Assembly (NCBI RefSeq): GCF_006345805.1 | Contig: NW_021824715.1 | Coordinates: forward strand, 1-17,203 | Origin: Octopus sinensis | Taxonomy: Eukaryota | Length of the DNA: 17,203 nt | Direction: 5' to 3' | Shown here: positions 1-9,203 of the stretch, one piece after another | How the letters are laid out: every line of letters starts with the position of its first letter | How positions within the stretch are numbered: the first letter of the stretch is position 1 | Notes under the pieces: model-generated | Told to the model about the DNA's origin: nothing | The model's input: only the letters and a program-made list of their open reading frames with translations | Databases searched by the model: none | Position numbers and translations under genes: made by a program

Positions 1-213
1 ATGACACAGGTGGTAGTTTCCCATATATTTGCATTTTGGTTGGATGGCGCTTCCACGAGAGATTTGAGCTCTGATAAGGAGGCGAGTGTAGGTTCCATCC
101 AACCGCTCTCAAGCTTCTTTGATAACGTCCAGGTTTCTGAGCCATATAGTAGAACTGGTTTGACTGTGGCTTTGAAGATTTCAAGTTTGAAGTCTCTACT
201 TAGATTTGATGAA
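1..213 (-). mobile_element. RTE-clade LINE ORF2 fragment (C-terminal to the RT core), frameshifted, runs off the window edge
   Basis: Manual minus-strand translation across two 1-bp frameshifts gives SSNLSRDFKLEIFKATVKPVLLYGSETWTLSKKLE/RLDGTYTRLLIRAQ/LSWKRHPTKMQIYGKLPPVS. LLYGSETW is the conserved post-RT motif of RTE-type LINEs. Confidence 0.85.
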
Positions 214-362
214 TTGTAGAATACCATCACGCAAAGCTACGATGGGCAGGTCATGTCGCAAGGTCTACAGACGATCGGTGGACTTGTGCAGTTGTAGAGT
301 GGTATCCGCTCGAGCGGAAGAAACCATTCGGAAAACCTCCAGTCAGGTGGAAAGATGACTGA
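213..362 (+). mobile_element. RTE-clade LINE ORF2 C-terminal fragment
   Basis: The plus frame starting at 213 reads IVEYHHAKLRWAGHVARSTDDRWTCAVVEWYPLERKKPFGKPPVRWKDD*, matching the RTE C-terminal pattern RWAGHVxR...W...GRPxxRWxD. Confidence 0.85.
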
Positions 363-410
363 ACCTGGAACCATGTGGTTGGGACACAAGAGCTCTTAGC
401 ACACAGACAC
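356..410 (-). mobile_element. tRNA-derived SINE head fragment (family B)
   Basis: The reverse complement reads ctgtgtgctaagagctcttgtgtcccaaccacatggttccaggttcagtc, with A-box-like and B-box-like (ggttcag) segments. Linking it to the family-B tails elsewhere relies on my recall of the octopus SINE consensus. Confidence 0.5.
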
Positions 411-437
411 ACAGACACGTACACACATCCAAACACA

Positions 438-662
438 TGGCAGAAACGTTAGCACGCCGGGCGAAATGCGTAGCCGTATTTCGCCTGCCGTTACGTTCTG
501 GGTTCAAATTCCGCCGAGGTCGACTTTATACCTTTTCATCCTTTCGGGTCGATAAATTAAGTACCAAGTATCCGCACTGGGGTCGATGTAATCGACTTAA
601 TCCGTTTGTCTGTCCTTGTTTGTCCCCTCTATGTTTAGCCCATTGTGGGTAGTAAAGAAATA
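438..662 (+). mobile_element. tRNA-derived SINE family A, monomer with tail type X
   Basis: A-box-like tggcagaaacgtt, B box gggttcaaattcc, core gtcgacttt...catcctttcgggtcgataaattaagtacc, tail ending gtaaagaaata. Same sequence as the copies at 11401 and 13036. Confidence 0.85.
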
Positions 663-1500
663 TACATACACACACACGTACGTATATACATACATACATG
701 CATACATACAAGTATACATGCATTCATACATGTATACATATATAGGTGCATACATACAAACATATATACAAGCATACATACAAACATTTATACATACATA
801 CACACACACATACATACATACATACACACACATGCATACATACATACATACATACATTTATATATACATACACGCACACATACATAGATACACATACATG
901 CATACATACATACATGCATACATACATACATACTACGTACATACATACATACATACATATATACATACATACATACATACATACATACATTCATACACAC
1001 ACACACGCATATATACACACACATACATACATACACACACATACATACATACATACACACACATACATACATACATACATACACACACATACATTCATAC
1101 ATACATACATACATACATACATACATACATACATACATTCATACATGCATACATACATACATACATACATACATACATACATAGATACATACATACATAC
1201 ATACATACATACATACATACATACATACATGCATACATACATACATGCATACATATATACACTCATACATACATATATACATACATACACACACATACAT
1301 ACATACATACACACATGCACACATACATACATACATTACATACATACATACATACATACATACATTCATACATGCATACATACATACATACATACATACA
1401 TACATACATACATACATTCATACATACATACATACATACATTCATACATACATACATACATACATACATACATACATACATTCATACATACATACATACA

Positions 1501-1534
<34 letters not shown>

Positions 1535-1630
1535 CATACATACATACATACTTACATACATACATACATACATACATACATTCATACATACATACATACA
1601 TACATACATACACACACACATACATACATA
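663..1630. repeat. (TACA)n microsatellite with CA/TTCA/TGCA variants
   Basis: About 970 bp of directly visible ATAC repeats. It produces all the YIHT/MYVC ORFs. Confidence 0.97.
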
Positions 1631-1639
1631 AGAGCGTAT

Positions 1640-1690
1640 TATGGCTGAAGAGAATTTGACTGCTATTTCTAGCTGTCGGAGAAACCATGT
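1640..1690 (+). repeat. Degraded single copy of the unit found in the 4186-4775 array
   Basis: gaagagaatttgactgctatttctagctgtcggagaaaccatgta resembles gaggaagatttggctgctatttctaccaggtctagctaccatgta. Confidence 0.55.
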
Positions 1691-1865
1691 ATCGATTGTT
1701 TCCTTTAGGTGCGAGGTCATAAGAGTAGGGCCGAGGGTGGGGAGTGGGATTCGATCGCGGGGATCGTAGGTTCGTGATCATCTAGTCTTTCGATATGTGT
1801 TTCGAGGTCACGTCATACGAAAGAAGGTTAATAAATTATGAGTAGGGTGAGGGTTAAGGTAGGGC

Positions 1866-2443
1866 TGTGTGTGCGTGTATGTGTGTGTGAGAGAGAGGGA
1901 GAGAGAGTGAATGAATAAGAAAGTGTGTGTTACGTGTGTGACTGTATGCGTGTGCGTGTGTGTGTGTATGTGTGAAAGAGTGAGTGATTGAGAATGTGTG
2001 TGTGTGTGTGCGTGTGACTGAATGAGTGTGTATGTGTGTCTGTGTATATTTGTGTGCGTGTGTGTGTGTGACTGAATAAGTGTGTATGTGTGAGAGAAAG
2101 GAAAGAGAGTGGATGAATAAAAAAGTGTGTTACGTGTGTGACTGCATGTGCGTGTGTGTGTGTGTGTGTGTGTGAGGAGAGAGAGAGAGAGAGGTTGAAT
2201 GAAAATGTGTGTGTGACTGAATGAGTGTGTATGTGTGTGTGAAACAAAGAGAGAGAGAGAATAAGAATGTGAGCGTTATGTGTGTGTCTGTACGTGTGTG
2301 CATGTGAGTGTATGTGTGTGTGTGTGTGTGTGTTTTGTATGAGAGTGTGTGACGGAGAGCAATTGAGAATGAGAATGTGTGTGTGAGAGTGTGTGGTTAT
2401 ATGTGTGTGTGTGGGTGGGTGAGAGAGAGAAAGAGAGAGAGAG

Positions 2444-2478
<35 letters not shown>
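1866..2478. repeat. Compound (GT)n/(GA)n low-complexity repeat
   Basis: Alternating GT and GA tracts with recurring blocks such as ttacgtgtgtgactg and gtgactgaatgagtgtgtatg. Confidence 0.92.
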
Positions 2479-2517
2479 ACCGGTAGTTGAAAAGGGCCTC
2501 ACCCTTGTCACATTCTT

Positions 2518-2634
2518 TTGACGAACAAAACCAGCCCAGGATTAATCCTTTCTAAGCTTAGTACTTATTCTATCAGTCTCTTATGTTGCACCACTATGTA
2601 ATGGGACATAAGCACACCAACATCGGTTGTCAAC
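2518..2634 (-). mobile_element. SINE family B, 3' body fragment (degraded)
   Basis: cccagga...taagcttagtacttattctatcagtctc...acaccaacatcggttgtcaa aligns by eye with 17098-17195. Confidence 0.75.
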
Positions 2635-2683
2635 TGGTGCTTAATTTATCGACCCCGAAAGGATGAAAGGCAAAGTCGACCTC
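2631..2683 (-). mobile_element. SINE family A core fragment
   Basis: caactggtgcttaatttatcgaccccgaaaggatgaaaggcaaagtcgacctc is the reverse complement of the family-A core. Confidence 0.85.
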
Positions 2684-3003
2684 ACAGCCATAGACACCAA
2701 AAACACAAATTTGATGGAATACATCCAATCATAAACAAACATAACAGAAGATGACATAAAAACAAACAATCACCCATACACAACACCACCAGACCACATC
2801 AAAATATTACACATCTCCAAAAGTCTGCACCACACACTCAAAGGCATTTTCCCCAGTGCGGTTGGTAAATGCCAAAAAAATATCTCACAAAGAAACTGTA
2901 CTGGGATCTTCTCGAGGACAAACCAACGGAGGAGAAAGCAAAAAACTTTCGAGCAGTAAGTAACCCTCTGTTCCTCTCACTTGTATTCTAATTCATTAGA
3001 ACT

Positions 3004-3519
3004 ATGATCAAGATTGGTTGTGTAAATGCGCGTGGCTGGGGTCCCCTTGGAAACAAGGGTACCTCTTAAATGACATAAAGTCACATAAGTTAGAAATTAT
3101 AGCCATAAGTGAGACCAGACTCCACAATCCGCGGGCCCTAAAGACCATGTTTGGGGACAGTTCACATTTATTTTTCCCCTGTCTGCCGAGAATGGGCGGT
3201 AGTGGCACCGCGGTACTTTTTCACAAGAGTCTGGATCTCGAGAGTAAGGACAATATCGTAGACCCGAGGGTAGACTGGTCGTCCTGGATGTCGACGGCAG
3301 CAATGGGGCGCCTTTCGACTCGTGTCAGTTTACGCACCGCCCTTAACAGGTCGGGCGGATTTTCTTTCAACGTCTAGAAGTATTCTTGGGAACGTCTCGT
3401 CCTTTACTCTTAGTGGGGGATTGGAATGCTACCTTGGACACGCATGTAGACTACGTGGGTAGAGATAGGAATAGACGGGGATGCAAATGCCTCAGAGACC
3501 TGCTCAGACGCTTTCAGCC
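3004..3519 (+). mobile_element. L1/Tx1-type LINE ORF2 N-terminal APE endonuclease relic (frameshifted)
   Basis: From ATG 3004, reading across frameshifts: MIKIGCVNARG/LGSPWKQGYLLNDIKSHKLEIIAISETRL...GSGTAVLFHKSL.../EGRLVVLDVDG/AFRLVSVYAP.../FQRLEVFLGTSRPLLLVGDWNATLDTHVD...[10 protein letters not shown]. The NxRG, ET, YAP and GDxN EEP/APE motifs occur in the correct order, and the D-x-EGR and GDWN..LD context is typical of L1/Tx1. Confidence 0.88.
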
Positions 3520-3523
3520 ACGA

Positions 3524-3537
3524 TGAATAGATAGATG

Positions 3538-3618
<81 letters not shown>

Positions 3619-3689
3619 GTAGGTAGGTAGATAGATAGATAGATAGATAGATAGGTAGGTAGGTAGATAGATAGATAGATAGATAGATT

Positions 3690-3761
<72 letters not shown>

Positions 3762-3783
3762 TGTAGGTAGATAGATAGGTAGG

Positions 3784-3872
<89 letters not shown>
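3524..3872. repeat. (GATA)n microsatellite with GGTA variants
   Basis: Directly visible. Confidence 0.98.
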
Positions 3873-4185
3873 GCGTATATATTACTTTACACAGTGTTAC
3901 TGTTTAACCCTAGGTCACATTTGATCCACAAGATGAATGATCTAAGACATTCTAGCTATGAACATTAGCTTTGATTTTTATTTTCTTTACGTATTTTTTT
4001 ATTTGACCTAATTCATTGTTTGATGGCGGGAAAAATCTCCGATTGCATAATCTAGGGTGACTTCCTTGTATCGATACTCTTGGGTGTATAATACGTGAGA
4101 CGCTCTGCTATTTCGAACAGGTTTAGTTACCATGTGAAGACCTTGCTGACCTTCACATGCACATACATAGTGTGTAAGTTGACGC

Positions 4186-4775
4186 TGGTGTGTAATTTGA
4201 GGAGGATTTGGTTGCTATTTCTAGCAATTCTAACTACCATGTAGAAGTCTCCCTCATTGGCTCATGCAAGCACATATAGATACAGAAGACAGTAGGGTGT
4301 GATCTGAGGGGGATTTCGTTGCTACTTCTACCAGGTCTCCCTCATTGGGTCATACATGTATAGAGGTATAAGACAGAGGGGTGTAAGTTGAGGGAGATTT
4401 GGCTGCTATTTCTACAAGGTCTAGCAACCCTGTAGAGGTCTCCCTCATTGGCTCATACATACATATATACATAGATAAGACAGTAGGGTGTGATTTGAGG
4501 AAGATTTGGCTGCTATTTCTACCAGGTCTAGCTACCATGTAGAGGTCTCCCTCATTGGCTCATACATACATATATATACATAGATAAGACAGTAGGGTGT
4601 GATTTGAGGAAGATTTGGCTGCTATTTCTACCAGGTCTAGCTACCATGTAGAGGTCTCCCTCATTTGCTCATACATACATATATACATAGATAAGACAGT
4701 AGGGTGTGATTTGAGGGTGATTTGGCTGTTATTTCTACCAGGTCTAGCAAACCTGTTGAGGTCTCCCTCATTGGA
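4186..4775 (+). repeat. Minisatellite, ~107-bp unit, about 5.7 copies
   Basis: Unit gggtgtgatttgaggaagatttggctgctatttctaccaggtctagctaccatgtagaggtctccctcattggctcatac...agataagacagta starts near 4186, 4295, 4379, 4486, 4595 and 4702. A degraded upstream copy lies near 4082-4143. Confidence 0.93.
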
Positions 4776-4990
4776 TCTTACATAAACGACATGCAAAGAT
4801 ACATGAAGCCCAGTTGCAACTACAGCCGGCTATTAACGGTAAAGGTTTTAGTTGCCCATATAATACAGTAAATGAATTGATTGCATCGCAATCCTTAACA
4901 TTTATGTATTAACTTTGTTGGGTACTTCACTAGCAGTATATTGGATATATGTTATCCCATGGAGGGTTGCACTCATAACCCCTATCAATT

Positions 4991-4992
<2 letters not shown>

Positions 4993-5069
<77 letters not shown>
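4993..5069. repeat. (TA)n microsatellite
   Basis: Directly visible. Confidence 0.97.
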
Positions 5070-5070
<1 letters not shown>

Positions 5071-5459
5071 TAGCAGCATAGCCCGGCGTTGCCCGGGTAT
5101 GTAAGAGCCCCTAGTAGGCAACGACTAATCCCAATCTAGTTCTTTCTCTCTAGGGAATGAAGGCGCATGTGTAGGTTGCAATGTATTCTCTTCACTCGAA
5201 TACTTCTATGTATACGATGTTCCTAGCTGTCTCCCGACAGAAAATGTGTTGCATATAAAAAGCTTAGATTCTCGACCCCATGTCGAATTTATCGATTTTT
5301 TCAGAACTGGGGAAATTTTTCAAAATTTTCACTGCGTTAGTTTTGAATTATGACATTGGGCTATGTGTGTGTCAAGTTTCATCAGAATCGGTTGAAAGCC
5401 GTGGTCGGGGTGAGGGTACAACCTGACAGCCACACAGACACACAGACAGACAAACTGCC

Positions 5460-5462
<3 letters not shown>
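5070..5462 (-). mobile_element. Non-autonomous Helitron (Lep1-like architecture)
   Basis: The minus-strand 3' end reads CCCGG-GCAACG-CCGGG hairpin (5082-5097), then 8-9 nt, then CTAG (5070-5073) followed by T. The other end has aagtttcatcagaatcggttg...(gaca)-repeat...tttatata, as in Lep1-type Helitrons. It is flanked by (TA)n on both sides; the 5' TC is not visible. Confidence 0.75.
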
Positions 5463-5517
<55 letters not shown>

Positions 5518-5535
5518 GCACAAACACATACATAT
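5463..5535. repeat. (TA)n/(CA)n microsatellite
   Basis: Directly visible. Confidence 0.95.
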
Positions 5536-5541
5536 ACTAAT

Positions 5542-5713
5542 GCAAAATGCTTAGCGGTATTTCGTCCGTCTTTTCGCTCTGAGTTCAAATTCCTCCGAGG
5601 TCGACTTTACCTTTCGTCCTTTCGGGGGTCGATAGTATAAGCACCAGTGAGGGTCGATGTAATTCACCCCCCTCTTCCCGTGGTCTTGCTGGCCTTGTGC
5701 CGAAAACTGAAAC
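5542..5713 (+). mobile_element. SINE family A, 5'-truncated, tail type Y
   Basis: aaatgcttagcggtatttcg...ctgagttcaaattcc...gtcgactttacctttc, with tail ccccctc...gctggccttgtgcc. Confidence 0.8.
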
Positions 5714-5797
5714 TAATATTGGTTTCTTGGTTGAGTAGAAGATCAGACATTTTGAAGAATAGAATAAATGTGAGACTCTTAGAAAAAGAAAAATATA

Positions 5798-5886
5798 TCG
5801 CCCTCGATTTGTCCGACTGAAATCTTTCGAGGCGAAGCTCCAGCATGGTCGCAGTCCAATGATTGAAACCAGCGAAAGATAATAAG
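5798..5886 (+). mobile_element. SINE family B 3' tail fragment
   Basis: tcgatttgtccgact...aggcgaagctccagcatggtcgcagtccaatgattgaaac matches the reverse complement of 17030-17100. Confidence 0.7.
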
Positions 5887-6095
5887 CAAAGATACCAGAC
5901 AATAACCACCACCACCACCACCACCGCCGCCGCCATTACTGTAACAACAAATTCCTGCATTAACCTAGCAACTAGTGAGATCATCTGGATTGCGGATTAG
6001 CGGTGGAATAACTTGAGGGGCTAGTTTCGATTTTGGAGTGCAGTGTTGAGTCAAATTTGCTGGTGACACATCGTAGATACAGGATAAGGTTTTCT

Positions 6096-6101
6096 GTGTG
6101 T

Positions 6102-6147
<46 letters not shown>
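6096..6147. repeat. (GT)n microsatellite
   Basis: Directly visible. Confidence 0.95.
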
Positions 6148-6148
<1 letters not shown>

Positions 6149-6257
6149 TTTCGATTAACATTCCATTCTGATCGGAGATTATCTGGCTGTTGAAACACGT
6201 GTTACTAAGCTGGGTTGTCTGGGTTTTTTCTGAAAATTCATCAAACCACCAACCAGC

Positions 6258-6314
6258 ATTATTATTATTATTATCATTTTTATTATTATTATTATTATCA
6301 TCATTATTATTATG

Positions 6315-6355
<41 letters not shown>

Positions 6356-6427
6356 CATATCATCATTATTAATTATTATTATATTATTATTATTATTATT
6401 ATTATATATTATTATTATTATTATTAT
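6258..6427. repeat. Degenerate (ATT)n microsatellite
   Basis: Directly visible. It is the (AAT)n tail of the minus-strand element at 6428-6748. Confidence 0.93.
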
Positions 6428-6746
6428 GGGTTTTTCTTCTTCTTTCAAATTTGCTTCCATTTCTTGCCGAATGTCTTCCCGACTCCTAGGGCAAAGAAAC
6501 TCATTGTATACATTGGTAGGCCATTAAACTAAACTCACTAGTTCGTTCATATCTTTCTTTCTTTTTTTTGTTTTGATAGAAATAAAGTTAAATTAAAATA
6601 CATGGGTAGTAATAGTTCTCACATCGACAATGCTCTTCTCAATACGTGTGATGTACCAGTTAAGACAATCTTTTGCACTTCTTGCAGGGATGGCAAGCCA
6701 GGGATCATTCTCATATAATTTTCGGTTCCCTTCTTGATCATTCCTA

Positions 6747-6748
<2 letters not shown>
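6428..6748 (-). mobile_element. R4/Dong-like non-LTR retrotransposon 3' end, family 1 (5'-truncated)
   Basis: The minus strand reads LGMIKKGTENYMRMIPGLPSLQEVQKIVLTGTSHVLRRALSM* followed by a 3' UTR. It is a near-identical inverted copy of 8008-8324. Confidence 0.85.
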
Positions 6749-6805
<57 letters not shown>

Positions 6806-6836
6806 CATCATTATTATTATTATCATCATTATTATT

Positions 6837-6875
<39 letters not shown>
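6749..6875. repeat. (TTA)n grading into (TCA)n microsatellite
   Basis: Directly visible. Confidence 0.95.
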
Positions 6876-6876
<1 letters not shown>

Positions 6877-6952
6877 ACACAATTCACACAACTTCAATGA
6901 GTGACAAATAAGACCTCGAGTATTCGGGGGGCAAGGTCACTGCGTAAGAGGT

Positions 6953-7260
6953 AGTGATTGTAGGATCTCTAGGAATGATTAAAAAAAAGGTACTGAAACC
7001 TATTTGAAAATGATACCAGGCTTACCATCCCTACAGGAAGTGCAAAAAATCATATTAACTGGAACGGCCTCATGTACTGAGAAGAGCCATTATCGCTGTG
7101 AAAACAACACCATCCATGAATTAGTTATTATTATTAATTTTTAAATACATATTTTACCTGTGAATTTGCGTGTGTAATCTGGGAATGCATACAATGAGCT
7201 TCTCTGCCCTAGGTGTTGGAAAACACTCGGCGAGAAACGGAAGAAAATTTGAAGAAGAAG

Positions 7261-7262
<2 letters not shown>
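6953..7262 (+). mobile_element. R4/Dong-like retrotransposon 3' end, family 1b
   Basis: Reading across indels: VIVGSLGMIKK/GTETYLKMIPGLPSLQEVQKIILTGTA/HVLRRA. The 3' UTR end (catacaatgagcttctctgccctagg...ctcggcgagaaacggaagaaaatttgaagaagaag) parallels family 1, and an (AAT)n tail follows. Confidence 0.8.
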
Positions 7263-7302
<40 letters not shown>

Positions 7303-7304
<2 letters not shown>

Positions 7305-7433
7305 TTTTTTAAAAGAACAAATATATGGCACACAGGCATAACAACGTGAACTTCCAACCTGTTGTCTCTTGAGGTCTCTGGGTGAGACTTGGAGCCAACT
7401 GTACAGACATAAAGCAAAAGTCAAACATATATA

Positions 7434-7434
<1 letters not shown>
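7303..7434 (+). mobile_element. R4/Dong-like family 2, 3' UTR-only fragment
   Basis: Near-identical to 7703-7819 (aaatatatggcacac...gaggtctctgggtgagacttggagccaact...gcaaaagtcaaac), with (AAT)n on both sides. Confidence 0.8.
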
Positions 7435-7497
<63 letters not shown>

Positions 7498-7498
<1 letters not shown>

Positions 7499-7818
7499 GG
7501 ATAGCAAAAGGGGTTGATTGCTACCTAACTCAGATACAAAGAAACCCCAAATGGCAGAAATTCAAAAGATAGTGCTCATGGGAGCTGCTCATATCCTACG
7601 CAAAATACTTTCTATGTAATCTCAAGGTTTAAAACAAACATAATTTTCGGTTTTCCTTTTTTTTTTTTAGACATTCACTAGTACAACACCAAAAAAAAAC
7701 AACCAAATATATGGCACACTAGGCATAACAACAACATGAACTTCCAACCTGTTGTCTCTTGAGGTCTCTGGGTGAGACTTGGAGCCAACTTGTACAAATA
7801 TAAAGCAAAAGTCAAACA

Positions 7819-7819
<1 letters not shown>
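7498..7819 (+). mobile_element. R4/Dong-like retrotransposon 3' end, family 2
   Basis: IAKGVDCYLTQIQ.../MAEIQKIVLMGAAHILRKILSM* (stop 7617-7619) is homologous to the family-1 C-terminus. A distinct 3' UTR follows, with (AAT)n on both sides. Confidence 0.8.
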
Positions 7820-7904
<85 letters not shown>

Positions 7905-7905
<1 letters not shown>

Positions 7906-8324
7906 GGCGAAAGAATTTGACAAGCTCAGAAAATATAAAGACCTGCTCATTGAAATTGAGAAAATGTGGCATCTCAAGGCGGTTACAATACCAGTGATCG
8001 TAGGAGCACTAGGAATGATCAAGAAGGGAACCGAAAATTATGAGAATGATCCCTGGCTTACCATCCCTGCAAGAAGTGCAAAAGATTGTCTTAACTGGTA
8101 CATCACACGTATTGAGAAGAGCATTGTCGATGTGAGAACTATTACTACCCATGTATTTTAATTTAACTTTATTTCTATCAAAACAAAAAAAAGAAAGAAG
8201 AAGATTGAACGAACTAGTGAGTTTAGTTTAATGGCCTACCAATGTATACTATGAGTTTCTTTGTCCTAGGAGTCGGGAGACTCGGCAAGAAATGGAAGCA
8301 AATTTGAAAGAAGAAGAAAAACCC
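7905..8324 (+). mobile_element. R4/Dong-like retrotransposon 3' end, family 1 (longest copy)
   Basis: AKEFDKLRKYKDLLIEIEKMWHLKAVTIPVIVGALGMIKKGTENY/...LPSLQEVQKIVLTGTSHVLRRALSM* (stop 8133-8135). K..KY.DL..EI..MW...P...GALG is the distal part of the restriction-like endonuclease (RLE) domain of R4-clade elements. (AAT)n lies on both sides. Confidence 0.88.
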
Positions 8325-8333
8325 ATAATAATA

Positions 8334-8409
<76 letters not shown>

Positions 8410-8417
8410 TGATGATG

Positions 8418-8450
<33 letters not shown>

Positions 8451-8470
8451 TAATGATGATAATAATAATA
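8325..8470. repeat. (AAT)n/(GAT)n microsatellite
   Basis: Directly visible. Other (AAT)n tracts lie at about 7263-7302, 7435-7497, 7820-7904, 9025-9203 and 9746-9790. Confidence 0.95.
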
Positions 8471-9024
8471 AATGCCCTGATGCAGTACCAGGCAGTGGCT
8501 CTCATGGCTTCTGATCTTAACTGATTGGAAGTGTTATCATGTACGTTGTTTTGTCTTGGTATAAAAGATGGGCTACAGCAAATATTCTGCTCAATACCAC
8601 AGATTTACTTGTCAGTTGTTTGACCTTAACCAGTTGAGCATGTCCCTTAGTGGCTGACGATATGTGGATCTCTGATTACGAGCAGAAGTAGTGGGGGAGC
8701 ATCATAGCCATGTGTTGAGAGGGATTCTTTGGGGTTTGAATAATTCACCTCTGAAACATGGTGTTTCGTTCAACATCCTTAAACAACCCTTATTCGGGGA
8801 CTTTTGAGCGGATGGGCTACTCAACCTGAAGAGAAAATTCTAAATGGGCCCCACCTGCAAGGTCATGTGCTGTTTATCTTGATATGAGATCACCATGTCG
8901 CGCACATATGGTTGTGATGCATGTGCCTGGTGTACCTTATCAGACGGGTAGTCATGATGGGTATACTGGGCTTCGTATATTTTACCACAGTGTCAATTTG
9001 ATGGCATGAACTGCTCTCTCAATC
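8471..9024 (+). mobile_element. Unclassified ~550-bp non-coding retroposon-like element, copy 1
   Basis: Near-identical to 9204-9745. It shares the 3' end (actgctctctca.tc) followed by (AAT)n, has a different 5' start, and shows no recognisable ORF. Confidence 0.7.
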
Positions 9025-9042
9025 AATAATAATAATAATAAC

Positions 9043-9128
<86 letters not shown>

Positions 9129-9203
9129 TAATAATAATAATAAAATAATAATAATAATAAAATAATAATAATAATAATATAATAATAATAATAATAATAA
9201 TAA

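Noticed and set aside
1649-1697. Possible second hammerhead (CTGAAGA...GAAACcatGTA)
   Set aside because: There is no stem I pairing and no G10.1-C11.1 pair. It is better explained as a degraded copy of the 4186 repeat unit.
526-2511. Long ORFs up to 347 aa (YIHT, MYVC and HT repeats)
   Set aside because: They are translations of stop-free (TACA)n and (GT)n microsatellites and show no coding signal.
4186-4775. CRISPR-like regular array (also 11450-12169 and 13750-15550)
   Set aside because: Whole units repeat with no unique spacers, there are no cas genes, and the context is eukaryotic.
5945-6095. Possible host exon in non-repetitive sequence (also 4780-4990, 12380-12530 and 16010-16220)
   Set aside because: No recognisable protein motif or convincing splice-site pair. 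It cannot be excluded without RNA-seq.
8654-8835. CTGACGA and CTGAAGA motifs in the ~550-bp element
   Set aside because: No stem II closed by a correctly placed GAAA and no stem III/NUH arrangement could be built.
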